Source: an uncultured Clostridia bacterium
GTDB lineage: Bacteria > Bacillota > Clostridia > TANB77 > CAG-508
Direction of reading: 5' to 3'
Length of the DNA: 64,000 nucleotides
Assembly: GCA_944392455.1 (NCBI GenBank)
Contig: CALXWP010000001.1
Coordinates: forward strand, 5,112-69,111
Part shown: positions 1 through 9,192 of the stretch, one piece after another
Layout of the letters: the number at the start of each line of letters is the position of its first letter
How positions within the stretch are numbered: the stretch's first letter is position 1
Notes under the pieces: model-generated
Seen by the model: the letters and a program-made list of their open reading frames with translations, nothing else
What the model was told of the DNA's origin: nothing
Database searches by the model: none
Position numbers and translations under genes: made by a program

Positions 1-43
1 TATGCATGATATATTTTTATTTTTTTATTAAAAAAGGAACATT

Positions 44-1447
44 TTAAAATGTTCCTTCACTATATACTTCTTGTATAGTTTCACCATCATTATAATTTTG
101 ATAAATATCAACCTTTTTCCATTTCTTACCGTCAACTGATATTGCCACACCATCGATTGTTGACCAGTGAGAGTTTTCTACTAACCATCTTACTCGAAAT
201 AAATAATATTCCAAGCCTGATGAGTCTTTTATCATTGCTTCTAAGGTGTATCCTATAGGATATCCAACCTCATCAGCATATGTTCCATCAATTTTCTGTG
301 CTAATTTTTTCGCTTGATCTTCAGTTATCCTTCCATTAGAAGATGCCTCATTTTCTGCTTTCTTTTTTTCCTCTTCCTCTGCTCTTTTCTTTGATTCTTC
401 TTGCTCTTTTCTTTCTTCTTCTTCCTTTTTTTCTATTTCTTCAATCGCATCTTTAATTTCTTGTTTTATATCCTCAATTTCTTTGACTTTTTCAGTTACT
501 TCATTATTTACTTCATTCGTTATAATTTCTTCATCTGTTTTAAATCTATTTATAGTTTCCTTTATTGCGTCTTTCAATCCATCTATGTTACTTAAATCTA
601 CACTTATTTCTGTACCTTCATCTAATTCTGGTTTTACAAAAGTTTCATCAAACTTTGATAATGTTACTGTTGTTCCATCTAATTTTTCAACTTTTGTTTC
701 TTCGTTCTTTCCAATTGTTATATCAGCTGTTATTTCTGTAACTATTGTTTCCGCCATTTCGTTATTTTCATTTACTATGTTTTCTAATGTATTAGAATCT
801 TCAATTGTATTACTTATAGTAAATTGTTCTTCATTTAGTTTTATAGGAAGATATAAATCTTCATTTGCTTTTTCTACATGAACATACCATATATATTCTT
901 TTAGCTCAATATTGTATAATAACTCAACTGCTGAAGGTTCTTTATATGATACATTTACGACTTTATTCTCATCATTTATATGATATACATTTACATAGTT
1001 TGTATCATTTTCTTCATAGTTCATAATCATTACTGGATCAGTATTTTCTTCAACTTCAACAAATTGTAATGTTACATCTTTCATTCCTTGCTGTAATCCA
1101 TATTTTTCTTTTGACGCAAAGTCTTCTTGCTGCATTCCTTCTTTTAAATATGCATAATATGTATCTCCCCAAGTAGTTCCAACAGTTTCATTATCTTTTA
1201 TATATTTCCATACAAAAAATCCGCCTATTCCACATGCAATTAATAATACTAATACAACAATAGTTATGATTATTGGAGTCTTACTTTTCTTCTTTTTTTC
1301 AGGTTCTTGTACTGTTGTTTTATTTTCTACAATTTTATTCTGGTTAATTTCTTGTTCTGGTTCTTTATTCTCCGATTTATTTACTACTTGATCAGTTTTT
1401 GTTTCTTCAGTTTTCTTATCTTCTTGACTATTTTTTTCTTCCTCCAT
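44..1447 (-). CDS. Membrane-anchored protein with a Glu/Lys-rich coiled-coil and a C-terminal globular domain (hypothetical)
   Basis: 467-aa ORF; single N-proximal TM (IIITIVVLVLLIACGIGGFFVW); long EEEKK-rich helical stretch; no recognisable catalytic motif. Confidence 0.55.
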   Translation of the reverse strand: MEEEKNSQEDKKTEETKTDQVVNKSENKEPEQEINQNKIVENKTTVQEPEKKKKSKTPIIITIVVLVLLIACGIGGFFVWKYIKDNETVGTTWGDTYYAYLKEGMQQEDFASKEKYGLQQGMKDVTLQFVEVEENTDPVMIMNYEENDTNYVNVYHINDENKVVNVSYKEPSAVELLYNIELKEYIWYVHVEKANEDLYLPIKLNEEQFTISNTIEDSNTLENIVNENNEMAETIVTEITADITIGKNEETKVEKLDGTTVTLSKFDETFVKPELDEGTEISVDLSNIDGLKDAIKETINRFKTDEEIITNEVNNEVTEKVKEIEDIKQEIKDAIEEIEKKEEEERKEQEESKKRAEEEEKKKAENEASSNGRITEDQAKKLAQKIDGTYADEVGYPIGYTLEAMIKDSSGLEYYLFRVRWLVENSHWSTIDGVAISVDGKKWKKVDIYQNYNDGETIQEVYSEGTF

Positions 1448-1550
1448 TTAAATTAATTTCCCCCTTTTATTTTACTTTGAGTATATATAAATATTATTCA
1501 GTATCAGCACTATATTTTTTATATAATTTATTCTAAGTTATTTTTATAAT

Positions 1551-2612
1551 CTAAAAATTAAAATCAAATGAAACATATTTCTTAGGATTATATTGTAAAT
1601 AATCGTTAATTATATTTTTAGCTGAATCTGAAATTTCATTAATTCTTTTAGCACCTAATTCTGTTTGAACTAATGGAATATTATACCTTCTTTTAGCTTT
1701 TATACTTACAGAATAGTAATCACTTGAAGGCTTCTCATCTGTTTCATATATTGTATCGGTACTTTCAAATTTTTTAAAGCATTCGGATATATGTTTATCT
1801 TCACAATTTTCTATCTTTTCTATAACTTCATCCTCACTAAGAGTATATAGATCTTTTTTAGTAATATAACCTTCATCAGACATTTTTCTTACAACATCTG
1901 CAATAAATTGCATTGATATAACATCATCATTTTCAATCCAAAAAGGCCAAATTTTTCTACAAAATGCAATATATTTTTCAGCTATTTCTTTAGTTTTAAA
2001 CCCAAGTTCATCAATACCTTCTTCGTTTTTTAATATTGTAATATCATAATATATTTCTTTAATTTCATTCAAAGACCATACATCTTTTGAGTTAAAGAAT
2101 AATCCATTTGAGAAAGTATATTCCATTCTATCACTAGAAAGTTTAGGAGTATCATTATCTGCAATAGGATATAATTTATAATTATTTACCTCTTCTAATT
2201 TTATTCCGTCTCTATTTAGTAATGACATAATTTCTTTAGAGTTACTAATTATTTCTGTTGTTAATTCTTCTGTGGACTCCTGCTTTTCATGATCATTATT
2301 CATAAAATCTATACAATGTTTGAAGGTTGGTGTTGCAATATCATGAAACAAACCAGACAAGGCTTGTTTCCTATCTTTAGTAAAATTCCATATTATTAAA
2401 GCAACTCCTATACTATGTTCTAAATTTGTATAATTAAATTTATGATTAAATATTTTAGTATAATTAGTTCCACAAGATACACTTATTCTACCAATTCTTT
2501 GCATTTCTTTTGTATTTATGTATTCATATATAAAGTCTGGTATTCCATTAGGTGACAATATATTAAAATAATTTTTAATGATTGGATTTAAGTTTTTTAT
2601 ATAATTGTTCAT
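1551..2612 (-). CDS. HD-domain protein (predicted phosphohydrolase)
   Basis: 353 aa; H...HD signature (HSIGVALI...LFHDIATP). Confidence 0.5.
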   Translation of the reverse strand: MNNYIKNLNPIIKNYFNILSPNGIPDFIYEYINTKEMQRIGRISVSCGTNYTKIFNHKFNYTNLEHSIGVALIIWNFTKDRKQALSGLFHDIATPTFKHCIDFMNNDHEKQESTEELTTEIISNSKEIMSLLNRDGIKLEEVNNYKLYPIADNDTPKLSSDRMEYTFSNGLFFNSKDVWSLNEIKEIYYDITILKNEEGIDELGFKTKEIAEKYIAFCRKIWPFWIENDDVISMQFIADVVRKMSDEGYITKKDLYTLSEDEVIEKIENCEDKHISECFKKFESTDTIYETDEKPSSDYYSVSIKAKRRYNIPLVQTELGAKRINEISDSAKNIINDYLQYNPKKYVSFDFNF

Positions 2613-2633
2613 TTTTATCTCCTCATATTTAAT

Positions 2634-3284
2634 TTATAAATTTTCTTTTTCTATTACTTCATATACTTTTTTTATAAAACCTTCTTTATCATCTAAGGCT
2701 TTTCTTAGTTTTTCTAAGCTTTCATCATATTCAGGATCTTTTAAATATACTTTTGCATATCCGTTTCGTCCAAATTTACTATTTAAATGATTATATACTT
2801 CTTCAACTTGTTGTTCTTTCGTCCACCCAATATAATGAGAAAGCCCATAAGAATATGTTCTTTTTATAGGTGTTTCTATATCTAAAATAGTTCTATCAGC
2901 ACTACTTACAATTTTTCCATATATTGTTCTAGGTTCATGATCACTTGATGCTCTATGATCTTCTATTGCTTCTTTTATAGTTTTTCTTTCTTCTTCTGTA
3001 AAAAATTTCTTTACATTCTCATCTTCTATGAACATTTTCGCAGATATTATTTCATGTGTTTTTCTATCAATATAATGACCTAAATCATGATAAGCTGCAA
3101 TTGTATAAACCAAATTAATATCTACATCATAATCCTTAGCTAAACTTAAACTTCTTCTTATAACTGTTTTGATGTGTTTTATACTATGTCCTTCTTCATT
3201 TCTACTATATAATGGGAAAATATTTTTTTCAATATATTCTTTAAGTTCTTCATTTAATTTATCGTTTATCATTCTAACCTCCAA
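2634..3284 (-). CDS. HD-domain phosphohydrolase (YfbR-like nucleotidase family)
   Basis: 216 aa; AAYHDLGHY HD motif with downstream His/Asp residues. Confidence 0.6.
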   Translation of the reverse strand: MEVRMINDKLNEELKEYIEKNIFPLYSRNEEGHSIKHIKTVIRRSLSLAKDYDVDINLVYTIAAYHDLGHYIDRKTHEIISAKMFIEDENVKKFFTEEERKTIKEAIEDHRASSDHEPRTIYGKIVSSADRTILDIETPIKRTYSYGLSHYIGWTKEQQVEEVYNHLNSKFGRNGYAKVYLKDPEYDESLEKLRKALDDKEGFIKKVYEVIEKENL

Positions 3285-3313
3285 TAATTTATAGAAAAAT
3301 GCTTATCTTAGTT

Positions 3314-5167
3314 TTATTTTACATAATCTTGTATTATATTTCTTACTTTAGGTAAAAGATAATGGCTACCTCCCCTATTTTCTACATTTTCTACCATATT
3401 TATAGTTAATAATTGTTCATCTTCATCATCACTTATTACAATTGAATTAAACCATCCTAATTCTTCTCCATTATCTTCTTTTGAAGCTTTTAATTCTGCT
3501 GTTCCTGTTTTTCCAGCAATTGTTATTCCACTTATTTGTGCCTCATGTCCTGTACCATTACTATTTTCTACAACTTGAATTAAATCATCTCTTATTTCTT
3601 CTGCTGCATCTTTGCTAAATGCATTTTCTACTAAGTATTCTGTTTCATCATTATATTCTATAATTGGTTTGATCATATTTCCATCATTTACAAATGCTGA
3701 ATAAATACTTGCCATATGTAATGGATTTACTAAAACTTGACCTTGACCATATCCAGAATCTGCAAGTTGTACTTCTGATGAAAAATTATCACCCTCAGAA
3801 TACTGTGAAGCAGTCATTGATAATGGGAAATCAATCTTTTCATTAAACAATATTTTATTTAATTGTTCTGCAAAAGTATCTGCTCCAATCTTTATTGCAG
3901 CTTTTGCAAAATATATATTATCTGAATATATTAAAGCATTTCTTAAATTTGCAGCACCACTATATGTTGTTAAAGTAGTAACTTTATAATCTCCCCAACT
4001 AGAATCTTTTTGCCAACTTAAGCCACTTGTTCCAAAATTCTCAGATGCTGTAAAACTATCAGTTGTTAAACCAATCGCACCAGTTACAGGTTTAAATGAT
4101 GACCCAGGTGCCCATGTGCTTTCGAATCTTGCAAACATTGGTGTATCTTCATCACTGCTCAATTCATTCCACTCTTCATCAGTAAAACCAGTTATAAAAT
4201 TATTTGAGTCAAAACTTGGAAAACTAACCATTGCTAGAATTTCTCCTGTTTTTGGATTCATTGCAACAGAAAAACCATTATCCCCATCAAATTCATCAAA
4301 TATATTTTGTTGTAATTCAATATCTATAGTAGTTTTAACATCTTCTCCGTCTTCTACATCAGTTTCAGCAATTGTTTCTACAACATTTTCATCACTATCT
4401 ACTATATATATTCCACTACCATTTTTGCCTCTTAATTTATCTTCAAAAGCAAGTTCTAATCCTGTCTTACCAATTAAACTACTTTCAGTATATCCTTCTC
4501 CTTTATGAGTTTCTAATTCTTCCTTACTTATACCTCTTATATATCCTACTAGATGAGCTGCAGCTTCTCCATATGGATATTCTCTTTTGCCATCATCTCT
4601 ATTTGTAGCTAAAACCTTTCCATTTCTATCTAAGATATCTCCTCTTGAACCACTTGTTGAATATACTCTTACTTTTTCTTCTTCGTCTAATGAAGGAAAA
4701 ATTAAACTAGAATACCAATTTAAATAGTATTTATTATCATCTTGTCTGTCAAAGGTAACAGTATTTGATAAATTAATTTCACCTGCTAATGTATCAAATG
4801 ACATATCATAATCAATCGATTTATTTTCTTTATCATATACTAAATCATTTATTTCTATATTTACTGCTTCAATTCCTTCATATATGTTTTTGTTTCTTGC
4901 AATATATGTATCTTTATCAACTCTTGCTTTTGTTGAATCAGATAATAGCGTATACATTCCTTCATAATCTTTGTTTTTTAAACATTCAATATATGAATAT
5001 AGGACTTCATCCGGTTTATTTTTATCCATATTTGATATAATATACCATGCTATAATTCCAGCAATAATTAAAATTACTAAAATGACTGAAACAATTATTA
5101 TAGTTTTTTTAGATTTTTTTGTATTATTTTCTTCCATAAATTTTACCTTATTTATACCTTTCTTCAA
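3314..5167 (-). CDS. Penicillin-binding protein (class B transpeptidase, PBP2a-like with N-terminal NTF2-like domain)
   Basis: 617 aa; N-terminal TM; SSFK (SxxK), YSDN (SxN) and KTGTA motifs in canonical order. Confidence 0.85.
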   Translation of the reverse strand: MKKGINKVKFMEENNTKKSKKTIIIVSVILVILIIAGIIAWYIISNMDKNKPDEVLYSYIECLKNKDYEGMYTLLSDSTKARVDKDTYIARNKNIYEGIEAVNIEINDLVYDKENKSIDYDMSFDTLAGEINLSNTVTFDRQDDNKYYLNWYSSLIFPSLDEEEKVRVYSTSGSRGDILDRNGKVLATNRDDGKREYPYGEAAAHLVGYIRGISKEELETHKGEGYTESSLIGKTGLELAFEDKLRGKNGSGIYIVDSDENVVETIAETDVEDGEDVKTTIDIELQQNIFDEFDGDNGFSVAMNPKTGEILAMVSFPSFDSNNFITGFTDEEWNELSSDEDTPMFARFESTWAPGSSFKPVTGAIGLTTDSFTASENFGTSGLSWQKDSSWGDYKVTTLTTYSGAANLRNALIYSDNIYFAKAAIKIGADTFAEQLNKILFNEKIDFPLSMTASQYSEGDNFSSEVQLADSGYGQGQVLVNPLHMASIYSAFVNDGNMIKPIIEYNDETEYLVENAFSKDAAEEIRDDLIQVVENSNGTGHEAQISGITIAGKTGTAELKASKEDNGEELGWFNSIVISDDEDEQLLTINMVENVENRGGSHYLLPKVRNIIQDYVK

Positions 5168-5177
5168 AAATAAGCAT

Positions 5178-5213
5178 TAAATAAAGTAAGTTATTTAATG
5201 CCTATTTTAAAAT
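5178..5213 (-). terminator. Rho-independent terminator downstream of ackA
   Basis: Minus strand hairpin ggcattaaataa/ttatttaatgcc followed by a U-rich tract. Confidence 0.45.
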
Positions 5214-5249
5214 ATATTAAGTTTAATTTATTTAAATGATTAATATCAA

Positions 5250-6440
5250 TTATTTAACTAATTCTTTTGTTTCTCTTGCTATCATTAATTCCTCGTTTGT
5301 TGGAACAACATATACTTTTACTTTTGAATCAGGTGTTGAAATTTCTACTTCTTTACCTCTGCAGTTATTTTTCTCTTCATCTATTTTAACACCTAAATAT
5401 CCTAAATAATCGCAAATTTCTTTTCTAGCTTCAATTCCGTTCTCTCCAACTCCTGCTTCAAATGTTATAACATCTACGCCATTCATTTGAGCAGCATATC
5501 TTCCAATATATCCTGCAACTTGATATACAAAGTTATCTATAGCAAGTTTTGCTCTATGATTTCCTTCTTTTATTGCAGCTTCTATATCTCTATCATCTAT
5601 ACTAATTCCAGAAAGTCCTAACTTTCCTGATTTTTTATTTAAAATTGTATTTATTTCTTCTGGAGAAAGATTTTCTTTTTCCATTAAGAATGTTACTACA
5701 GATGGATCAATATCACCTGATCTAGATCCCATAGGTACACCTGCAAGTGGTGTTAATCCCATAGATGTATCAACTGATTTTCCATGCTCTACAGCACATA
5801 AACTTGCTCCTTGTCCTAAGTGGCAAGATATTATTTTTAAATCTTCTATTGGTTTATTCATTAATTCTGCAACTCTATATGAAACAAATTTATGAGATGT
5901 TCCATGAGCACCATATTTACGAATTCTGTATTTCTCATAATATTCATATGGTATAGCATACATATATGCTTTTTCTGGCATTGTTTGATGGAATGCTGTA
6001 TCAAATACTGCAACATTTGGTTTTCCTGGTAACTTTTCTTGACAAGCTTTGATTCCTTGTAAATGTGCAGGGTTATGTAATGGTGCAAATACAATTGCAT
6101 CTTCTATTCCTTTTACAACTTCATCATCAATTATTACTGATTTTGTGAATTTTTCTCCACCATGTACTATTCTATGTCCTATAGCATCTATTTCATCTAA
6201 GCTTTTTATAACACCATAATCTTTATGTAATAATTGTTCTACTACAAGTTCTATACCTTCTGTATGATTTTTTATTTCTTTTTCTATTTTATATTTTTGA
6301 TCTCCAACTCTATGAGTTAAGAAAGAACCATCAATTCCAATTCTCTCTAAGTATCCTTTTGCCATTACTTCTTCTGTGTCCATATCAATTAATTGATATT
6401 TTAATGAAGAACTTCCACAGTTCACAACTAAAACTTTCAT
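5250..6440 (-). CDS. ackA: Acetate kinase
   Basis: 396 aa; [18 protein letters not shown]-terminus and full-length match to the acetate kinase family. Confidence 0.95.
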   Translation of the reverse strand: MKVLVVNCGSSSLKYQLIDMDTEEVMAKGYLERIGIDGSFLTHRVGDQKYKIEKEIKNHTEGIELVVEQLLHKDYGVIKSLDEIDAIGHRIVHGGEKFTKSVIIDDEVVKGIEDAIVFAPLHNPAHLQGIKACQEKLPGKPNVAVFDTAFHQTMPEKAYMYAIPYEYYEKYRIRKYGAHGTSHKFVSYRVAELMNKPIEDLKIISCHLGQGASLCAVEHGKSVDTSMGLTPLAGVPMGSRSGDIDPSVVTFLMEKENLSPEEINTILNKKSGKLGLSGISIDDRDIEAAIKEGNHRAKLAIDNFVYQVAGYIGRYAAQMNGVDVITFEAGVGENGIEARKEICDYLGYLGVKIDEEKNNCRGKEVEISTPDSKVKVYVVPTNEELMIARETKELVK

Positions 6441-6482
6441 TTTATGACCTCCTAAAAATTATATATATTAATTATTTAAAAA

Positions 6483-7484
6483 TTAATCCATACTACTTGC
6501 TTGTACAGAAGTTATTGCAACAACACCAACTATATCATCACTACTGCATCCTCTTGATAAATCATTTACTGGTCTTGCAATACCTTGGCATAGTGGTCCG
6601 TAAGCTTCTGCTTTTGCTAATCTTTGTACTAATTTATATCCTATATTTCCAGCATTTAAATCTGGGAATATTAATGTGTTAGCTTCTCCTTTTACAGGAC
6701 TTCCTGGTGCTTTTGATGCTGCTACTTCTGGAATAATTGCTGCATCTAGTTGTAATTCGCCATCACATACTAAATCTGGTGCTTTTTCTTTTAATAGTTT
6801 TGTTGCTTCAACAACTTTTTCTGTTAATTCAGAATGTGCACTTCCATATGTTGAATATGAAAGTAAAGCTACTTTTGATTCTTTTCCTGTTAATTGATGG
6901 AAGCTTTTGCTTGAAGATATAGCTATTTCTGATAAATCTTCTGCTGTTGGATTTTCAACTAATCCACTGTCTCCAAATACAAATATTCCATTTTCTCCAT
7001 ATTCACAATTAGGAACTACCATTAAGAAGAATGCTGATACAAGTTTTGTTCCAGGTGCAGTTTTTAGTATTTGAAGTGCTGGTCTTAATGTATTTGCTGT
7101 TGAATGACAAGCACCTGATACTAATCCATCAGCATCTCCTTGTTTTACCATCATTGTTCCAAAATACATATTGTCTTTTACTATTTTTCTTGCATCTTCT
7201 AAAGTTATTCCTTTTGCTTTTCTTAATTCATAAAAGGCATTAGCATATTCTTCAAATTTTTCAGATTTTTCTGGATCTATTATTTCTATTCCTGATATAT
7301 CAATATTATTTTCTTTTGCTAATTTATTAGCATCATCTTTATTACCTATAAGTATTATATTAGCAAATCCTTCTTTTTTTACCTTTTCTGCTGCTTTTAA
7401 AACTCTTTTATCTTCACTTTCTGTTAATATAATTGTTTTAATATTTTGTTTTGCTTTATTTTTTAATTCGTCTATAAATGACAT
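6483..7484 (-). CDS. pta: Phosphate acetyltransferase
   Basis: 333 aa; canonical Pta sequence (MSFIDELKNKAKQN...ILTESEDKRVLKAA); immediately upstream of ackA (pta-ackA operon). Confidence 0.95.
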   Translation of the reverse strand: MSFIDELKNKAKQNIKTIILTESEDKRVLKAAEKVKKEGFANIILIGNKDDANKLAKENNIDISGIEIIDPEKSEKFEEYANAFYELRKAKGITLEDARKIVKDNMYFGTMMVKQGDADGLVSGACHSTANTLRPALQILKTAPGTKLVSAFFLMVVPNCEYGENGIFVFGDSGLVENPTAEDLSEIAISSSKSFHQLTGKESKVALLSYSTYGSAHSELTEKVVEATKLLKEKAPDLVCDGELQLDAAIIPEVAASKAPGSPVKGEANTLIFPDLNAGNIGYKLVQRLAKAEAYGPLCQGIARPVNDLSRGCSSDDIVGVVAITSVQASSMD

Positions 7485-7569
7485 AAAAAAGTACCTCCCT
7501 TAAATATCAAAGTAACACATATATTATATATGTTATTTAAGAAAAGTACAAGTATTTTTTAGTTTTTAT

Positions 7570-8388
7570 TTACCATTTGATTTTCGTTTCTTCAACTTTG
7601 TTACCATCTTTATCTTTGTATACAGTTGTAGATATTCCATAACCTAAATCATAAGTGGTTGACGATCCAACTTTTCTTCCATATTTGTCTCTTACTTCAC
7701 CTATGCTTGATATTCCTGTATAATCTTTAACTGTTCCACCAATTTGCATTGAAGTAGCAGTGTCTCCGTTTTTAAAATAGCTTGTTGATACATCACCAAA
7801 TGAAGGCTCGCTTTTCTTTTTGTTATCATTATTAAAATAGTTTGAACTAGTAGAATAGCTAGTAGAATAGTTAGAATTTGTATAAGAGCCATTGCCTGAA
7901 TAATAAGTATGATAAGTTTTAATTGGTGGTTTTGATGCTATTATTAGTGGAATATTTAGTAATAGTACTAAGAATATAGCTGTTCCTACACTTACATTTC
8001 CCCATATTGATGCTGATGCGATAAAAACAACTAAATAGCAAATCATATAACATAATCTTGAAAAAAATCTGTCCATACTCATCTTATATTTTATATTATA
8101 TTCTTCTCTTAGCTTTTTATCAGAACTATATGAAGAAAAATCATCAGGAGTATATTTTAATATTTTCATACTTACTAAAAGTTTTTGTATTCCTATTATT
8201 AAAAGTCTAAATGCAATATAATATATAACTATATATGCAAAAGAAATCCAATTAGAGAATCCTATTGACTGTTCTAAAAGAACTAAGCTTGGTACTTTAA
8301 TTAGTCCAAAAATAATACCTATAGAACATAAAATTAATTTATTTTTTACTGTTTTATTTTCTTCTTTTTTATTTTCTTCTTTTTTCAT
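7570..8388 (-). CDS. Polytopic membrane protein (hypothetical)
   Basis: 272 aa; several TM segments; Ser/Tyr/Asn-rich C-terminal tail. Confidence 0.45.
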   Translation of the reverse strand: MKKEENKKEENKTVKNKLILCSIGIIFGLIKVPSLVLLEQSIGFSNWISFAYIVIYYIAFRLLIIGIQKLLVSMKILKYTPDDFSSYSSDKKLREEYNIKYKMSMDRFFSRLCYMICYLVVFIASASIWGNVSVGTAIFLVLLLNIPLIIASKPPIKTYHTYYSGNGSYTNSNYSTSYSTSSNYFNNDNKKKSEPSFGDVSTSYFKNGDTATSMQIGGTVKDYTGISSIGEVRDKYGRKVGSSTTYDLGYGISTTVYKDKDGNKVEETKIKW

Positions 8389-8458
8389 AAAAACAACCCC
8401 TATAATTTAAAATTTATTAGATTATATCAAAAAAATTAGGAATTGTTAATAATAATCT

Positions 8459-8779
8459 TTAAAAATTATTATTAAAGTTGTATAACATATTATATGGTAA
8501 ATTAGATATAGTTATAAATTTTATTGAGTATATGTCTGCATATGTTATAACATTACTTTCTAAAGCACGTAATAGTATATAGCTTGCTCCAACGTCTATT
8601 AATATACCAGTTCTATCTACTAAATTATTTGTTCCTATTAAAAATTCTACTCTCATAAGTTTTCCTATGTTTTCTCTTAAAAATGCTGGTGTATATATAT
8701 TATTTGTTAAAATCTCAGGAGAATTTTGATTAATATTAACATTTCTTTTTTCATTAGTATCAATTCTATTATTATCCAT
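8459..8779 (-). CDS. gerQ: Spore coat protein GerQ-like (YwdL family)
   Basis: 106 aa; lies directly downstream of cwlJ, as in the B. subtilis cwlJ-gerQ operon; C-terminal G.L.DVG..YI.LR pattern. The family assignment rests on recalled similarity plus gene context. Confidence 0.5.
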   Translation of the reverse strand: MDNNRIDTNEKRNVNINQNSPEILTNNIYTPAFLRENIGKLMRVEFLIGTNNLVDRTGILIDVGASYILLRALESNVITYADIYSIKFITISNLPYNMLYNFNNNF

Positions 8780-8802
8780 TTTTTAAATACCTCCTATAAA
8801 AA

Positions 8803-9192
8803 TTAAGTATTTGAATACGCTTCTGTAGGTCTATAAAAGCAATGCATTCCAAGTCTTGTATGAAATGTGCCAGATCCATTTGATGGAAATGTACTTCCAC
8901 AATTAGGTCTAAATGGATTTAAATACCATAAGCACTCCCCTATTTCATTTAGCTTATTACCTGATAATGCCCAATCTGCTATTTCATAATGTACATCAGT
9001 TGGGTTCATGTTATATATGTTTTGTGGATTATATTGTCCATTTATTGTTTCTCTAACGCAATCAAATTGTCCTTCTTGAAATATTATATTTCTTATGTTT
9101 CCACCTTGTGATACTCTAGAATATTCACCTTCTGATGCATGAACTCTATTCATGATAACTGTTGCTACTGCTATCGTATTCTGTTGGCGAAC
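8803..9192 (-). pseudogene. cwlJ: 3' portion of the split cwlJ gene (SleB/CwlJ hydrolase_2 domain); it lacks its first ~38 codons and promoter, which are at 60.8-60.9 kb
   Basis: The frame stays open upstream of the called Met through ...VRQQNTIAVATVIMNRVHASEG..., matching the CwlJ/SleB core (VAVAAVILNRV ... HCFYRPTE). A stop lies at 9193-9195 just inside the att site. No SleB N-terminal motif (LLAR..AEA.GE) is present here. Confidence 0.75.

Noticed and set aside
401-881. Plus-strand ORFs (401..595, 483..881 and the many similar 60-130-aa plus-strand ORFs throughout) embedded in minus-strand genes
   Set aside because: Phe/Leu/Ile-rich translations of the antisense of AT-rich coding DNA. No SD, no domain signal. 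They are always nested in longer, well-supported genes on the other strand.
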